DNA of 64,000 nucleotides from a virus: IMG/VR virus record IMGVR_UViG_3300008740_000600, positions 2,669 to 66,668 of that record. One strand, written 5' to 3'. Below the pieces are notes generated by a model that made no database searches, was not told the origin of the DNA, and worked only from the letters and a program-made list of their open reading frames with translations. How positions within the stretch are numbered: position 1 is the first letter of the stretch; each line of letters starts with the position of its first letter. Of this stretch, positions 37,466 through 48,221 are shown in pieces. The position numbers and the translations under genes are program-made.

Positions 37466-39341
37466 TAGCTACAAACACCCCGTCCCAGCCTATAGGTGGC
37501 GGTGTAGATTTAAAACCTTTAATTCGATCAGCTATTATAACATAATAACTATCTAATTCACCACTGAATTTGCCCATAAGGTTATCTATAGCGTCTTCAC
37601 AAAATTTCCAATTTTGTTTAACGTAATTTTCTCGTAATTTGTTATGTAAATTAACCAAATTTTCCAATGTTGGCAATTCTTCAAATTTAACAATGTCAGG
37701 ATCTAATACAGTATAGATAGCTACTGGTTCTGTTTTACCTTTAACAGCAATTTTGTCTAACTCTAAGACTGTATGCTTATCAGATAAATTTTTAGCTGTT
37801 TCTTCTCCAAATAATATTTTCACGCCATACCCTTTTGTTTGTCCTTCTAGTCTTGCCGCTAAATTAACAGCATCACCTAAACAACTATAATCAAATCTTT
37901 GATCTGATCCCATATTACCAACAACTACATCACCAGTATTAAGTCCAATACCTATGTTAATTGGTAACTTGTTTTCTTCTATTAACTGAGTATTTAACTC
38001 CTTTAATCCTTTTAACATACTAAGACTGGTATCTACGGCCTTATCAGCTTGTTGTTCAACATCTAATGGAGCATTCCAAAAAGCCATAATACAATCACCC
38101 ATATATTTGTCTACAGTACCTTCGTTCTTCATAATAATATCTGTCATAGGCGTTAAGAACCTGTTGACAAGTACTGTTAAACCCTGTGGATTGGTTTTGA
38201 ATTGTTCTGATATAGGAGTAAAACCTCTTATATCACAGAATAATAAAGTTAACTGTCTTGTATCGCCTCCTAACTTTAACAAACTAGGATTTTTCTGGAG
38301 CTTTTTAACAAGTGCCGGAGCTAGATAATGTTCAAATTGTTTTTTAATTTGTAACTTTAATCTATTTTCTCTAGCAAAGTTATTGTATATCAAATGAGCC
38401 CATACTATTGAACCCATTATAAGAGGTTCAATCCAACTTATCAAATACAAATACGTTTGGAATACATAATAGCTTGTCCAAAAACAAATACCAGTATATA
38501 TTACTATAGGCACAACAGACCATAGCACACCTAAACGTGGTATTAATAATAAAAAGATTAAACAACTTGTAATTAAAAATGCCCACTCAACGTTAGGCAT
38601 CCAAGTAGGTCTGCTAATGTACTTTCCAGACAATAATGTTTCTGTACTAATGGCCATTGCTTCATGTGTATTCTTAAGACCATTAGGTGTTGTAATAAAC
38701 GTTGAACCTTTAAACGTTGTACCAATGAATACAATTTTACCTTGTACAGAAGACCAATCTTTGTCTGTATAATCTATTCTAGGTATGTGATGTCTAAAGT
38801 CAATCCATATATGCTCTTGATCAGGCACAGGAAACTTAATAACGTCCATTATAACTTTAGGAATAGAATTTTCTAATGGCAATTTTCTTATTGTACCATC
38901 AATATCAACAGGCACTTCAACATTACCTATTGCTAATGCTTTACGTTCTATGCTTATTAGGTTTTTAACATCATTAGTTTCTGTTAAAATAACAGGATAC
39001 TTTGATATCATCTTAAGGAACATCTCATCACCGCCAAGTCTATCCTTTTGTGTAAAGACAACTTGTAATACAACCAATGAAGCACCTTTTTTATAAGCAT
39101 TAACAATTATACGACCTAATTGATCTCGCTTCCAAGGCCATTGTCCTTTTTTCTCTAATGCTAAATCAGATATATCTAACAGAACGATACTTTTAGAGTC
39201 ATACTGATTGCCAAAAGTTTGATAATAATCAAACGTTTTTAACTCTAGGGTTTGTAGTGGAGGTGGGTTATATGCTTTTAACCCTAATAACAAAATTACT
39301 GTTATGACTACTGCCCAGGTACTGGTCAATATCCTGTTCAT
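37455..39341 (-). CDS. CHASE2-domain class III adenylyl cyclase
   Basis: GQWPWKR CHASE2, 3 TM, LFCDIRGFT, DKYMGDCIMAFW, GDAVNLAARLEG. Confidence 0.92.
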   Translation of the reverse strand: MNRILTSTWAVVITVILLLGLKAYNPPPLQTLELKTFDYYQTFGNQYDSKSIVLLDISDLALEKKGQWPWKRDQLGRIIVNAYKKGASLVVLQVVFTQKDRLGGDEMFLKMISKYPVILTETNDVKNLISIERKALAIGNVEVPVDIDGTIRKLPLENSIPKVIMDVIKFPVPDQEHIWIDFRHHIPRIDYTDKDWSSVQGKIVFIGTTFKGSTFITTPNGLKNTHEAMAISTETLLSGKYISRPTWMPNVEWAFLITSCLIFLLLIPRLGVLWSVVPIVIYTGICFWTSYYVFQTYLYLISWIEPLIMGSIVWAHLIYNNFARENRLKLQIKKQFEHYLAPALVKKLQKNPSLLKLGGDTRQLTLLFCDIRGFTPISEQFKTNPQGLTVLVNRFLTPMTDIIMKNEGTVDKYMGDCIMAFWNAPLDVEQQADKAVDTSLSMLKGLKELNTQLIEENKLPINIGIGLNTGDVVVGNMGSDQRFDYSCLGDAVNLAARLEGQTKGYGVKILFGEETAKNLSDKHTVLELDKIAVKGKTEPVAIYTVLDPDIVKFEELPTLENLVNLHNKLRENYVKQNWKFCEDAIDNLMGKFSGELDSYYVIIADRIKGFKSTPPPIGWDGVFVATTK

Positions 39342-39363
39342 ATACAATACTTATTTGTCTAAA

Positions 39364-41916
39364 TTACTTGATTTGTATGATTGTGATTGTAGCTCTACTA
39401 CCGGCTGTACCGGCTGTTGTTGCTTGTGTTTCTTCTTCTTGTATAATCATAACGTCAAAATTTTCTATTGAATTGGTCGTTATATATGCTCTATGATTAC
39501 TATAAGTTCTATCTATTCTTTTATAACCGTTTTCACCGGCATAAGCGTCAACATTACCTGTATTACCATAAGTTGAATATCTACCAGTTTGTGTTACGGA
39601 AGATGATGAACCATCTCCAGCTGTAGTAGTAACTGTTTGTGTTATGTCACCTGTTTCATAGTTAATTGTTTCACCACTTGCTGTTACTAAAGTTGTTGCG
39701 CCACTATTATCAACCCATTCTGTACCACAGGATTGATTTGCTTTATCCCAATAGTAACCCATATAGATACAATCAGGTTCTGTGTCAAGACTTGCTAGAT
39801 ACTCTATTTCCCACTCATCGATTTCAGTAGTTTCAAATGAATATTCCTCTTCAATACTTAATTCTTCGTATTCTGCCTCCCAGTTATCATATGTACCTTG
39901 CTGTTCCCATTCCCAAAAAGCCTCCCAGTAAATATCCCATTCTTCCCAACCCCATTCTGTTATGTACTTGTTTTTTATTTCAGATATTGTCCAAGGTTTT
40001 GGAGCATCTTTAGTATCACCGTACCATTGTGGATTTAAATATAAGTCTTTAAATAATTGTTTAGATTCTTTTGTCCATGAATCGTATTTTGTATTTAGAT
40101 CCCAATCCATTTGTATCCATTCATTAGTTTCATCAATGTATTGTTGTGTACACCAAGATGGATCACACCAATCTTCGTTACCTGTCAGTAATTGTGGACC
40201 GTCTTGTGAGTAATAATCATTATACGCTTCTTCGTATTCTACTACTCCTTCGTCAACAAATATTTCTTGGTCATCATCTGCCCAGACATCTAGAGTAGTA
40301 TCTTCTGTTACATCACCTTCAAACTTCTCGACATCATCAAATACGTCATCTGTAACGTCAATTGAATCATCTGTTTCCCAATCCTCGGAATAATCTTTCC
40401 AATCAGTATCTAATCCATATTTTGCCATTGTGGCATCTTGTTGTTCGTATAAAGCGTCCCAATCAACACTATCCCAGTCAACATCATTCCAATCAATACT
40501 TTCCCAATCACAATTATTTTCACAGCCTATAGCATCATAATACGCTTGGTCCATTTCAGCCCACATCTTTTTACTATCTTCGTAATCCATTTTAACTTCA
40601 CCTGAAGCGTCCCAAACAGTTACTTGATCGTTTTCATCTACCCAACCATATTCGTCATCGTAGGCTTCATCGTCCCATTGATCGTAATATGATGTATCAA
40701 CTTCTGTGTCAATTGAATCATCTACAATTATATCTTCTGTTACTGCTTTTGTTTGAACTGTATCTGAAGTAATAAAATCCTCGTTGGTCATTATAATTTC
40801 AACTATATCAGTAGTATCTAAAACTTGATCATCGCCCTTTATATCAAAATTAACATCAGAATCAATAGTGGCTTTGTCATTTATTAAACTTTCTTCTAAG
40901 TCTGAAGCAACTTCATCTGTTACTTCTACGTTAAAGTCTTTTGTTTCTACTTCTATTATTTCAATCTTGTCAAGAACTTCGTCATTTTGTTCGAACGTGT
41001 CTAACTCTACTTTAACTTCTTCTTGTGTTTCAAATTCTATAACTTCTTCTTTTTGTTCTTCTTGTATAAGTTCTTTAGTTTCTTCTTTTTGTTCGATTTG
41101 TTCAATTTCTTTAGCATCATCAACTTGTTCATCTTGTACTAATTCTTTATCCTTAACTTCAACTTGTTCATCTTGTACAAGTTCACTGTCAATTTCTACT
41201 TCTTCATTTAAATTTTCTATTTTTTTAACTTTTGTTGGATTAGATTGCTCCTCAAACTCTTCGATAACTTCTTCGTTTGTATCTAAATCAAATAATTCTT
41301 GTTTAGCATTGTTATCTAATGGTGATGGAGGAGAAGGCATTAAGTTATCTGATAGAACTGTAACACTTGAATATGCTGTACTAATCATTGATGATCCAGC
41401 ATCATTTTTAACTGTAACTTGTCCTACATTACCATTACTATCAGGTAATAATGTAATTGTTGTTTTACCATTAGGATCTACTGTACCTGAAAATGCTGTA
41501 CCTTGTACTGTTATAACTGCTGATGGTGTAACCATAGCAACTTCACCGCCTAATTTTGATATGCTACCACTTTCGTATGTAAATGTACCAACGTTAACTG
41601 CTATCGCTAATGCTACTTCTATAGGAACTGCTGTTGTGTCAAAGGCAAACTCATCAATTACCATTTCACTATTAGGTGCTACTGTAACTTTTGTACCATC
41701 AACAAACTCAATATTCATGGCGCCGTCTTCACCTGTTTGTAAAAAGTCATCCATGTACAATGGAAACTCAGGATCGTTAATTGTTATATTTTCAAAATCT
41801 CTTTCTACCCAAGTTGTACCCATTTTTTGTTTAACTTCGCCCACTTGAGGACCACCCCAAGCATACGTTGAAGTAAACATTATAAAACAAAGTATAAAGG
41901 TAAAAAGTCTTTTCAT
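39364..41916 (-). CDS. secreted FecR-domain protein with long acidic region
   Basis: signal peptide; LQTGEDG..IEFVDGT...PNSEMVIDEF, TPSAVITVQGTAF; D/E/W-rich C-terminal half. Confidence 0.8.
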   Translation of the reverse strand: MKRLFTFILCFIMFTSTYAWGGPQVGEVKQKMGTTWVERDFENITINDPEFPLYMDDFLQTGEDGAMNIEFVDGTKVTVAPNSEMVIDEFAFDTTAVPIEVALAIAVNVGTFTYESGSISKLGGEVAMVTPSAVITVQGTAFSGTVDPNGKTTITLLPDSNGNVGQVTVKNDAGSSMISTAYSSVTVLSDNLMPSPPSPLDNNAKQELFDLDTNEEVIEEFEEQSNPTKVKKIENLNEEVEIDSELVQDEQVEVKDKELVQDEQVDDAKEIEQIEQKEETKELIQEEQKEEVIEFETQEEVKVELDTFEQNDEVLDKIEIIEVETKDFNVEVTDEVASDLEESLINDKATIDSDVNFDIKGDDQVLDTTDIVEIIMTNEDFITSDTVQTKAVTEDIIVDDSIDTEVDTSYYDQWDDEAYDDEYGWVDENDQVTVWDASGEVKMDYEDSKKMWAEMDQAYYDAIGCENNCDWESIDWNDVDWDSVDWDALYEQQDATMAKYGLDTDWKDYSEDWETDDSIDVTDDVFDDVEKFEGDVTEDTTLDVWADDDQEIFVDEGVVEYEEAYNDYYSQDGPQLLTGNEDWCDPSWCTQQYIDETNEWIQMDWDLNTKYDSWTKESKQLFKDLYLNPQWYGDTKDAPKPWTISEIKNKYITEWGWEEWDIYWEAFWEWEQQGTYDNWEAEYEELSIEEEYSFETTEIDEWEIEYLASLDTEPDCIYMGYYWDKANQSCGTEWVDNSGATTLVTASGETINYETGDITQTVTTTAGDGSSSSVTQTGRYSTYGNTGNVDAYAGENGYKRIDRTYSNHRAYITTNSIENFDVMIIQEEETQATTAGTAGSRATITIIQIK

Positions 41917-41917
41917 G

Positions 41918-43036
41918 TTAGCAACCGTTTGTCACGGTCGCTGTTACATCACCTGATTGTGAACTTCTATCAAAAGAATATGTACAAGTATCTGAACCGT
42001 CTTGAGTGAAATTTAATGTATAATCGTATATGCTATCACCACTTACTGTTATGTTAGCTGTATTACTACCGCCTGTTTGTGAAGCATAAACTGTAGCATT
42101 TGATGTATAAACATTGAGATACATAGTATTGTTACCACCGGCTTGGTAAGCACCAATTCTATTAGTACTACCATTAACTCGTAAATACATTTTATTTAAA
42201 TCACCTATTTGCATTAATCTATTAAAGCCGGCACTATAAGCAGATGGTGTATAATCAATTCTATTGCTTGACGATCCATTAAATAACTCAATAAGCAAGT
42301 AATTACTATCTCCTCCTGTTTCTGTCTTTATAGAATTACTAGATCCAATTATATAAAAGTCAATTGACGCCAACGAAGCATCAGCAACTGCTCCGTGATT
42401 GTGTGAATTGTAATGTCCTACAGCCGCATTGGCTGTTGTATTCATGCCATCGGCACCGTCATTCATCATGTAATCTACATAATTGTCATCGCCATAGATA
42501 TAAACATATAAATGATGTCCACTACCTGAATTGTTTTCAGTTTTAAATAACAGGGCGTTATCATTGCCGTCGATATCAATGTCGTAATTTTGATTTGCTA
42601 CATCAGAGCCATTAGGAGAATCTTGAATAGTAACAATATTGTCACCACCTCTGATATCAACATCTAACCACCAACCTGTGTCGCCGGTGTCGTCCATATC
42701 TAAGTTTATTCTGTTGTCACTACCTTTAATATTGACGTCTAGTGTACAGTTAGTACAATCAAATGTAGAGTATTGATAAAAGTCATTAGTAAATCCAACC
42801 TGTCTAATATAAACAGAGTTTCCTGTACCTGTAACTTCAAATTGATCACTGGTAGAATTACCGACCCAGTTATCGGTGCCGTCTTGCTTTATGTAAATTG
42901 TTTCACCAGCGCCTGCGCCAGAAGTATCATCTACTAAAAGGTATACGTTATTTCCGTTACTATCTGCTAATACAAGATTAGTGCTGGAAATAATAAGCAA
43001 TAGGCTTAATGTAAGAATCCTCACTAGTGTCTTCAT
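41918..43036 (-). CDS. curlin-repeat-like secreted protein
   Basis: signal peptide; recurring IxQxGxxN / IxGxxN units about every 22-25 aa. Confidence 0.65.
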   Translation of the reverse strand: MKTLVRILTLSLLLIISSTNLVLADSNGNNVYLLVDDTSGAGAGETIYIKQDGTDNWVGNSTSDQFEVTGTGNSVYIRQVGFTNDFYQYSTFDCTNCTLDVNIKGSDNRINLDMDDTGDTGWWLDVDIRGGDNIVTIQDSPNGSDVANQNYDIDIDGNDNALLFKTENNSGSGHHLYVYIYGDDNYVDYMMNDGADGMNTTANAAVGHYNSHNHGAVADASLASIDFYIIGSSNSIKTETGGDSNYLLIELFNGSSSNRIDYTPSAYSAGFNRLMQIGDLNKMYLRVNGSTNRIGAYQAGGNNTMYLNVYTSNATVYASQTGGSNTANITVSGDSIYDYTLNFTQDGSDTCTYSFDRSSQSGDVTATVTNGC

Positions 43037-44027
43037 CGCTATCTCCTGAATTAATTATTTCTTCTTCGACAGGTGTTTCTTCTAATGTTTCCGTTTCTAT
43101 TGCTTCTTCTTTGACAGTTTCTTCTTCTGTTTCAAGGGCGTTCCATTCAGCTTCTTCGGCCGCCTTTTGAGCCGCCTCTTCGGCCGCTTTCTTTTCTAAT
43201 TCTATTCTAAGTAATTCTTCTGCTTCAGCGTCTAATTCTTCTTGAGTAGGTCCAAACTTCCATAACTCTAATTTCGCACCTTCTTTAATTAATTCTACAA
43301 CGCCTGCTTCAATAGATTTTCTTACAGCATAAGTTACTGGCTCATTTCTGGCGTAACCGGCTTCAATTTCAACTAACATTGTGTCAGCATCAACATACCT
43401 AAATACATCTCCACCTGTACTTGATGAGTATATAGTTTTTTCAATAGTAGTAGAAATAATAACTTCGCCTGTTTGTACATTAATCAAACGTAAAATAATA
43501 GACATAATATCTTGTCTATATTCTTTGTGAGCTTGTATACCTAATACTCTTGCTCCAAATCCGCCTGATATAATATCGCTATCGTACCCTATTACACCGC
43601 CTGTAATATAAGCACCTGCGAATAGTAATGCTGGCAATGGTTGAGCATCCTCACCATCTGCCATTTGTCTTGTAGTTCTAATTAATTTACGTTCTTGTAG
43701 TAAAGATGCTAAACTATGACGTTCAACAACCCTAAACCATTTACCTTTTCCAGCATCTTGTAATGCTTTAATTAGTATTTGATAAGAACCTTGTGTTACA
43801 GCACTTGACATCGAAGCATAGTTACCGCCTGGCTTCTTTTGTCCAGTCATATCACCAAAATCGTAAACAGCAATAATAATTGGTGCTCCTTCTGGTTGTG
43901 TTATAGTTTCTAGTTCAGAAAAAGCTGGTTTTTGAACTTTGTGATCCCATCTTTCAGCTGTCGCGGCACAACCTGCCACGAAGCCAACTAATAAAAGCAT
44001 CGAAAGTATTCTATATATTTTATTCAT
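42978..44027 (-). CDS. csgG: curli secretion channel CsgG
   Basis: lipobox VAGC; AVYDFGDMTGQKK, SAVTQG, WFRVVER, LLQERKLIR, PALLFAG, NEPV. Confidence 0.92.
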   Translation of the reverse strand: MNKIYRILSMLLLVGFVAGCAATAERWDHKVQKPAFSELETITQPEGAPIIIAVYDFGDMTGQKKPGGNYASMSSAVTQGSYQILIKALQDAGKGKWFRVVERHSLASLLQERKLIRTTRQMADGEDAQPLPALLFAGAYITGGVIGYDSDIISGGFGARVLGIQAHKEYRQDIMSIILRLINVQTGEVIISTTIEKTIYSSSTGGDVFRYVDADTMLVEIEAGYARNEPVTYAVRKSIEAGVVELIKEGAKLELWKFGPTQEELDAEAEELLRIELEKKAAEEAAQKAAEEAEWNALETEEETVKEEAIETETLEETPVEEEIINSGDSDEDTSEDSYIKPIAYYFQH

Positions 44028-44028
44028 G

Positions 44029-44496
44029 TTAGCTGTTATCCTCTTTAGGCATTGTAAATGTAGTTACTGTACCATCGGATTCTGTTACTGTTACTACAAC
44101 ATTACCTGTACCTGAAGGTGTAGTCCAAACAACTGTTTCACCATTTGTTCCTGTAAATGTTCCTGAATCTTGTTGGTTTCCGTCTGATCCAAATACGTTA
44201 TCTGTAATTTGTTTAGCCAAAGCTGTGTAAAATCTTGCTTCTAGATTTGCTTTGAATTTAGCAAACGCTGTAGCCTTGATTTCATCTTCTAAAAGCTTCG
44301 CGTCAGCTCTTTTCTTTGCCTCAATGGCATCTTTTCTAGTCTTTTCTATGTTTTCAATAGTCAAATAATGAGATGATTGTCCTTCTCCACTGAAGGAAGG
44401 GCTACCAAACTTATAAGTCAGCTCACTCGCGTTAGCTGGTATAGAAAAGAAGTTATAAATGATGTATATTGACAGTATTAAAAAAATTCTATTCAT
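44029..44496 (-). CDS. csgF: curli assembly component CsgF
   Basis: signal peptide then SELTYKFGSPSFSG; C-terminal DGTVTTF. Confidence 0.85.
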   Translation of the reverse strand: MNRIFLILSIYIIYNFFSIPANASELTYKFGSPSFSGEGQSSHYLTIENIEKTRKDAIEAKKRADAKLLEDEIKATAFAKFKANLEARFYTALAKQITDNVFGSDGNQQDSGTFTGTNGETVVWTTPSGTGNVVVTVTESDGTVTTFTMPKEDNS

Positions 44497-44591
44497 AATC
44501 TTAACTCACTCCGATTGATTGATTTTACACTTATTATAATCTTATTTATAATATTTACAAGCTAAAAGCTAAGGATAGAAGATAAAATTTT

Positions 44592-45317
44592 TTAAGATGT
44601 TCCGGGATCTGTACGGTTTAACTGCTCGAAACCCCAGGCACGTTCACAGCACCACATACAGTTATTAACAAGCTCATGAGCATCGGTATTATAATGTGAA
44701 AAACACCTTCCTACTCTTTCGTCTGTACAGCTATGGGTTGGTAATATGAGCTCTTCAGCATCTAATTTATAGTACATATCTATAATATGATACTTGTAAA
44801 GAGGCAACAACGGGCATATAATTTTGTCATGGCCTATTACTTCAGGGTCCATTCGCCATGGTCTAGAACCCCTAGCATAATCAACTAAATGACGTTCGGG
44901 GAGCCCAAAATTAAACCCTAGTGGTACTTGATGATTCAGCCCATCATATATTAATTTGAATCTTTCAGATTGTATTAAAAGTCTAGTAGCAGGTACACTA
45001 TCATTGTCAGTCGGTTCTCCAATTAATTCAGGATCATCTAATCTACTATATGGTAATAATTTACGAATCTTTTTATGTACGTTTTTAGAATGAGTCTCGG
45101 CATCGTCTGCCAACCGCGGAACACAAAACGTTTTAATTCTTTTTTCTGGGTTAAATTTCAATAAGCAATATAATAAAATGGCGCTATCCATACCACCAGA
45201 TACAAGTAAACCTACTTCGTCGATATCTTTAGGAATTTTAACATTGATTACTCGTCTATCCCAATCAGGGCCAACAATAAAGTTACTTGGATCAATCATT
45301 TGTAAAGAGTTCATCAA
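44592..45317 (-). CDS. QueC-like PP-loop ATPase
   Basis: LVSGGMDSA; C-terminal THSC...RC...CMWCCER Zn-binding pattern. Confidence 0.6.
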   Translation of the reverse strand: MMNSLQMIDPSNFIVGPDWDRRVINVKIPKDIDEVGLLVSGGMDSAILLYCLLKFNPEKRIKTFCVPRLADDAETHSKNVHKKIRKLLPYSRLDDPELIGEPTDNDSVPATRLLIQSERFKLIYDGLNHQVPLGFNFGLPERHLVDYARGSRPWRMDPEVIGHDKIICPLLPLYKYHIIDMYYKLDAEELILPTHSCTDERVGRCFSHYNTDAHELVNNCMWCCERAWGFEQLNRTDPGTS

Positions 45318-46194
45318 AATTATTTATTGGTTCTATAACATCTTGGGGATTATAGTTCATAATTAATAACTCTGTACGTTCTGGTCTTATACCATCGGCT
45401 GGTTCACCAGTTTTTGTTAAGGCACCTTCTTGTTTTAATAATCCATTTCTTGTAAATGTTACTTCTTCGTGCCAGTGAAACTTATCACGTGGTAGCATAC
45501 TTTCAAGCTCATTAAAATAGTAATAACTTAAAGCCCATTTACCTTTTGTAGTTTTAAGTTGTTCTAATAACTCTAAATGATCTAGTTTATTAAATTCATC
45601 TTCAGTGTAATAACTTTCAAGTTTAAAATAAGGTGGGTCAATATAAAAAAATGTATCAGCACTATCATATTTTCTAATTAAATCTCTACAATCAACATTT
45701 TCTACTGTAAGATGTTTTAGTTTATCTAAATATCTTACTTGCTGAAATTTTTCTGTCCAAGTTTTAAATTTATCTTTGTAATTTGTTTTATATATTCTAG
45801 ACTTAGGTGTTAAACCAACTCCTCCAGCAAATATCTGTAACTGTAATAACATATATTTTGCCGCCAAGTCATAATCTGGTATGGGGAACTGCTGACCGTA
45901 AATAGCAAATACTTCATCTCTGTATTCTAAGAACTTATCAGCATCTTTTATATCTTTATAATAGCTTTTACAAGTTTGTTCCATCTTTACTGGATCTGTA
46001 CTGCTACATAAAAATACATTTGCCAAATGTCTATTAAAATCATTATAAACATTTGTGTCAACAGGAAACTTACCACTCATCCAGTATAGCCACATGGCTC
46101 CACCGAATACTTCTACATACGTTTTACATTCGCTTGGAAATAATGGATCAATCCATCTACTATGAAGTTTCTTACCACCTATATACGGAAACAT
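45292..46194 (-). CDS. Dam-family (D12) N6-adenine DNA methyltransferase
   Basis: FPYIGGK, YVEVFGG, YNDFN, YIDPPY. Confidence 0.88.
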   Translation of the reverse strand: MFPYIGGKKLHSRWIDPLFPSECKTYVEVFGGAMWLYWMSGKFPVDTNVYNDFNRHLANVFLCSSTDPVKMEQTCKSYYKDIKDADKFLEYRDEVFAIYGQQFPIPDYDLAAKYMLLQLQIFAGGVGLTPKSRIYKTNYKDKFKTWTEKFQQVRYLDKLKHLTVENVDCRDLIRKYDSADTFFYIDPPYFKLESYYTEDEFNKLDHLELLEQLKTTKGKWALSYYYFNELESMLPRDKFHWHEEVTFTRNGLLKQEGALTKTGEPADGIRPERTELLIMNYNPQDVIEPINNFDELFTND

Positions 46195-47273
46195 TATTCA
46201 CCTATTGTTGTACTTTCATAAACCGTGTTTAACTGATTTGATACTTGTATAAATGTAGCACACTTAGAAAGTTGTTTTAATCTATTTGCTCCAACATAGG
46301 TACAGGCACTTCTAACACCGCCAAGTATATCTTGAATCGTATCTCCTACAGCACCTTTATATTCAACTAGTACTGTTCTACCTTCACTACTGCGATATTG
46401 TTTTAGTCCACCAAAATGAAGTTCATTTGCTGACCTAGAACTCATGCCATAAAATTTTACAAACTGTTTTTCTTCTGTTACACCAACTTCATTTGTAAGA
46501 TATTGTTTAGTAATTATTTCTCCGCCGCCCTCATCATGCCCTGCTAACATACCACCAAGCATAATAAAATCAGCACCTCCGGCAAAAGCCTTAACAACAT
46601 CTCCTGGACAAATACAGCCACCATCAGCAATAATATGTCCTCCTAAACCATGTGCCGCATCGGCACATTCAAAGACTGCTGAAAGTTGCGGATAGCCTAC
46701 GCCAGTTTTAAGCCTAGTAGTACAAACACTTCCAGGACCAATACCAACTTTAACAATATCAGCACCATTTAATATTAATTCTTGTGTCTGATCTGCTGTA
46801 ACTACATTACCAGCAATAATAACAATTTGTGGAAATTTTTTTCTAAAAGTTGAAATGAAATCTAAAAACCTTTCTGAATAACCGTTTGCTACATCAATAC
46901 AAACATATTTTAATTTTTCATCTACTTTGTCGTATACTTCTTTAAACTTGTTTAAGTCTGGATCTAAGATACCAATACTCATAGCAACATATTCTGTTCT
47001 AGCAGGAGAATCAAAAAAGTCTATTAATTCTTCTGCTGAATACATTTTAACTAAACAAGTAAAAACTTTTTGCTCTGCTAATGTATCAGCCATTTCCATT
47101 GTGCCAACACCATCCATATTACTTGCCATAATAGGAACACCATTATACTTGTTATGACTCTTAAATGTAAACTCTCTTGTAAGTTCTACGTCTTTTCTTG
47201 AACCTAGTACACTTCTTTTTGGTCTTAGCAATACACTATTAAAATCTAATTTAATATCTGGTTCGATTCTCAT
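46194..47273 (-). CDS. guaC: GMP reductase
   Basis: [46 protein letters not shown]. Confidence 0.95.
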   Translation of the reverse strand: MRIEPDIKLDFNSVLLRPKRSVLGSRKDVELTREFTFKSHNKYNGVPIMASNMDGVGTMEMADTLAEQKVFTCLVKMYSAEELIDFFDSPARTEYVAMSIGILDPDLNKFKEVYDKVDEKLKYVCIDVANGYSERFLDFISTFRKKFPQIVIIAGNVVTADQTQELILNGADIVKVGIGPGSVCTTRLKTGVGYPQLSAVFECADAAHGLGGHIIADGGCICPGDVVKAFAGGADFIMLGGMLAGHDEGGGEIITKQYLTNEVGVTEEKQFVKFYGMSSRSANELHFGGLKQYRSSEGRTVLVEYKGAVGDTIQDILGGVRSACTYVGANRLKQLSKCATFIQVSNQLNTVYESTTIGE

Positions 47274-47677
47274 CTTTCATTTATCCTTGTTCGTAAATCA
47301 GTTGTGCTAAACCTATGATCTCTTGAATTAAAATGAATTTGAATATCTCTGCTTTTACAAATTTCTTTTCCTGTAAAATCTTTTGTTCTATATTCTTCGC
47401 CTAGTATTCTAATATTAATTGGATACATAGATAAAATATCTTCTAAATCTTTTTCAGTTTGGTATGGTACTATTTCATCAACATACTTTACAGCATTTAA
47501 TTGGGAATACCTTTCTACTAAACTTTGTATTGGTGTATTTTTTTCTGACCTATCAATACTTGGGTCTACTTGTAAACCTACAATCAAATGATCACAAGTA
47601 CTTTTAGCTTCTCGTAACATTTCAATATGTCCGGCGTGAAGTAAATCAAATGTTGAGCAAGTGAAACCTATCACCAT
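47270..47677 (-). CDS. glycerol-3-phosphate cytidylyltransferase-like
   Basis: [16 protein letters not shown]. Confidence 0.88.
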   Translation of the reverse strand: MVIGFTCSTFDLLHAGHIEMLREAKSTCDHLIVGLQVDPSIDRSEKNTPIQSLVERYSQLNAVKYVDEIVPYQTEKDLEDILSMYPINIRILGEEYRTKDFTGKEICKSRDIQIHFNSRDHRFSTTDLRTRINER

Positions 47678-47679
47678 AA

Positions 47680-48219
47680 TTAGTTACCTTTAATTCCTAA
47701 TGCTTTATATGTCTTTTGGACACATACACTTTGATAATAAGCATCAGCTAAAGCATTATGTAAGTCTTGTTGTATTTCTTTTCTTGGATCAATAGGCATT
47801 AAACTAAACAACGTTCTTGAATCTCGTATTTGCCAAAAGTTCCACGGTGTTGGTAATTTCATATTTTTATATAAGTCTTCTAACATAACAATATCAAAAG
47901 CAGGACCTTGAGCCCATATATAATCTACACCAACTAAAAATTTATTAAGTTGATTAGTCATATCTTCTAATGTACTGCGACCCTCATCTGAGAGAGCTTC
48001 ATCTCGTACTTTAGAATCTTGTCGACCCCACCATTCGAGAGTGTCGTCATTTATAGTACGACCTAAATCTTGTTGCTCATCAATGTCTGGTTTAATATAT
48101 AATCCACCATCAGGTTCAACATCTGTATGTGGATTAAATTTAATAGCACCTAAAGAAATTATAACACTATTAGGATCAGTGCCTAAAGTCTCTAAATCTA
48201 TCATAGCATGAATTGACAT
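47680..48219 (-). CDS. DEDD 3'-5' exonuclease
   Basis: MIDLETLG, FDIVML, RDSRT, HNALADA. Confidence 0.88.
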   Translation of the reverse strand: MSIHAMIDLETLGTDPNSVIISLGAIKFNPHTDVEPDGGLYIKPDIDEQQDLGRTINDDTLEWWGRQDSKVRDEALSDEGRSTLEDMTNQLNKFLVGVDYIWAQGPAFDIVMLEDLYKNMKLPTPWNFWQIRDSRTLFSLMPIDPRKEIQQDLHNALADAYYQSVCVQKTYKALGIKGN

Positions 48220-48221
48220 TT

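Noticed and set aside
40868-41848. 326-aa plus-strand Ser-rich ORF
   Set aside because: Antisense shadow of the Glu-rich FecR gene (GAA codons read as TTC/TCT); no RBS or motifs.
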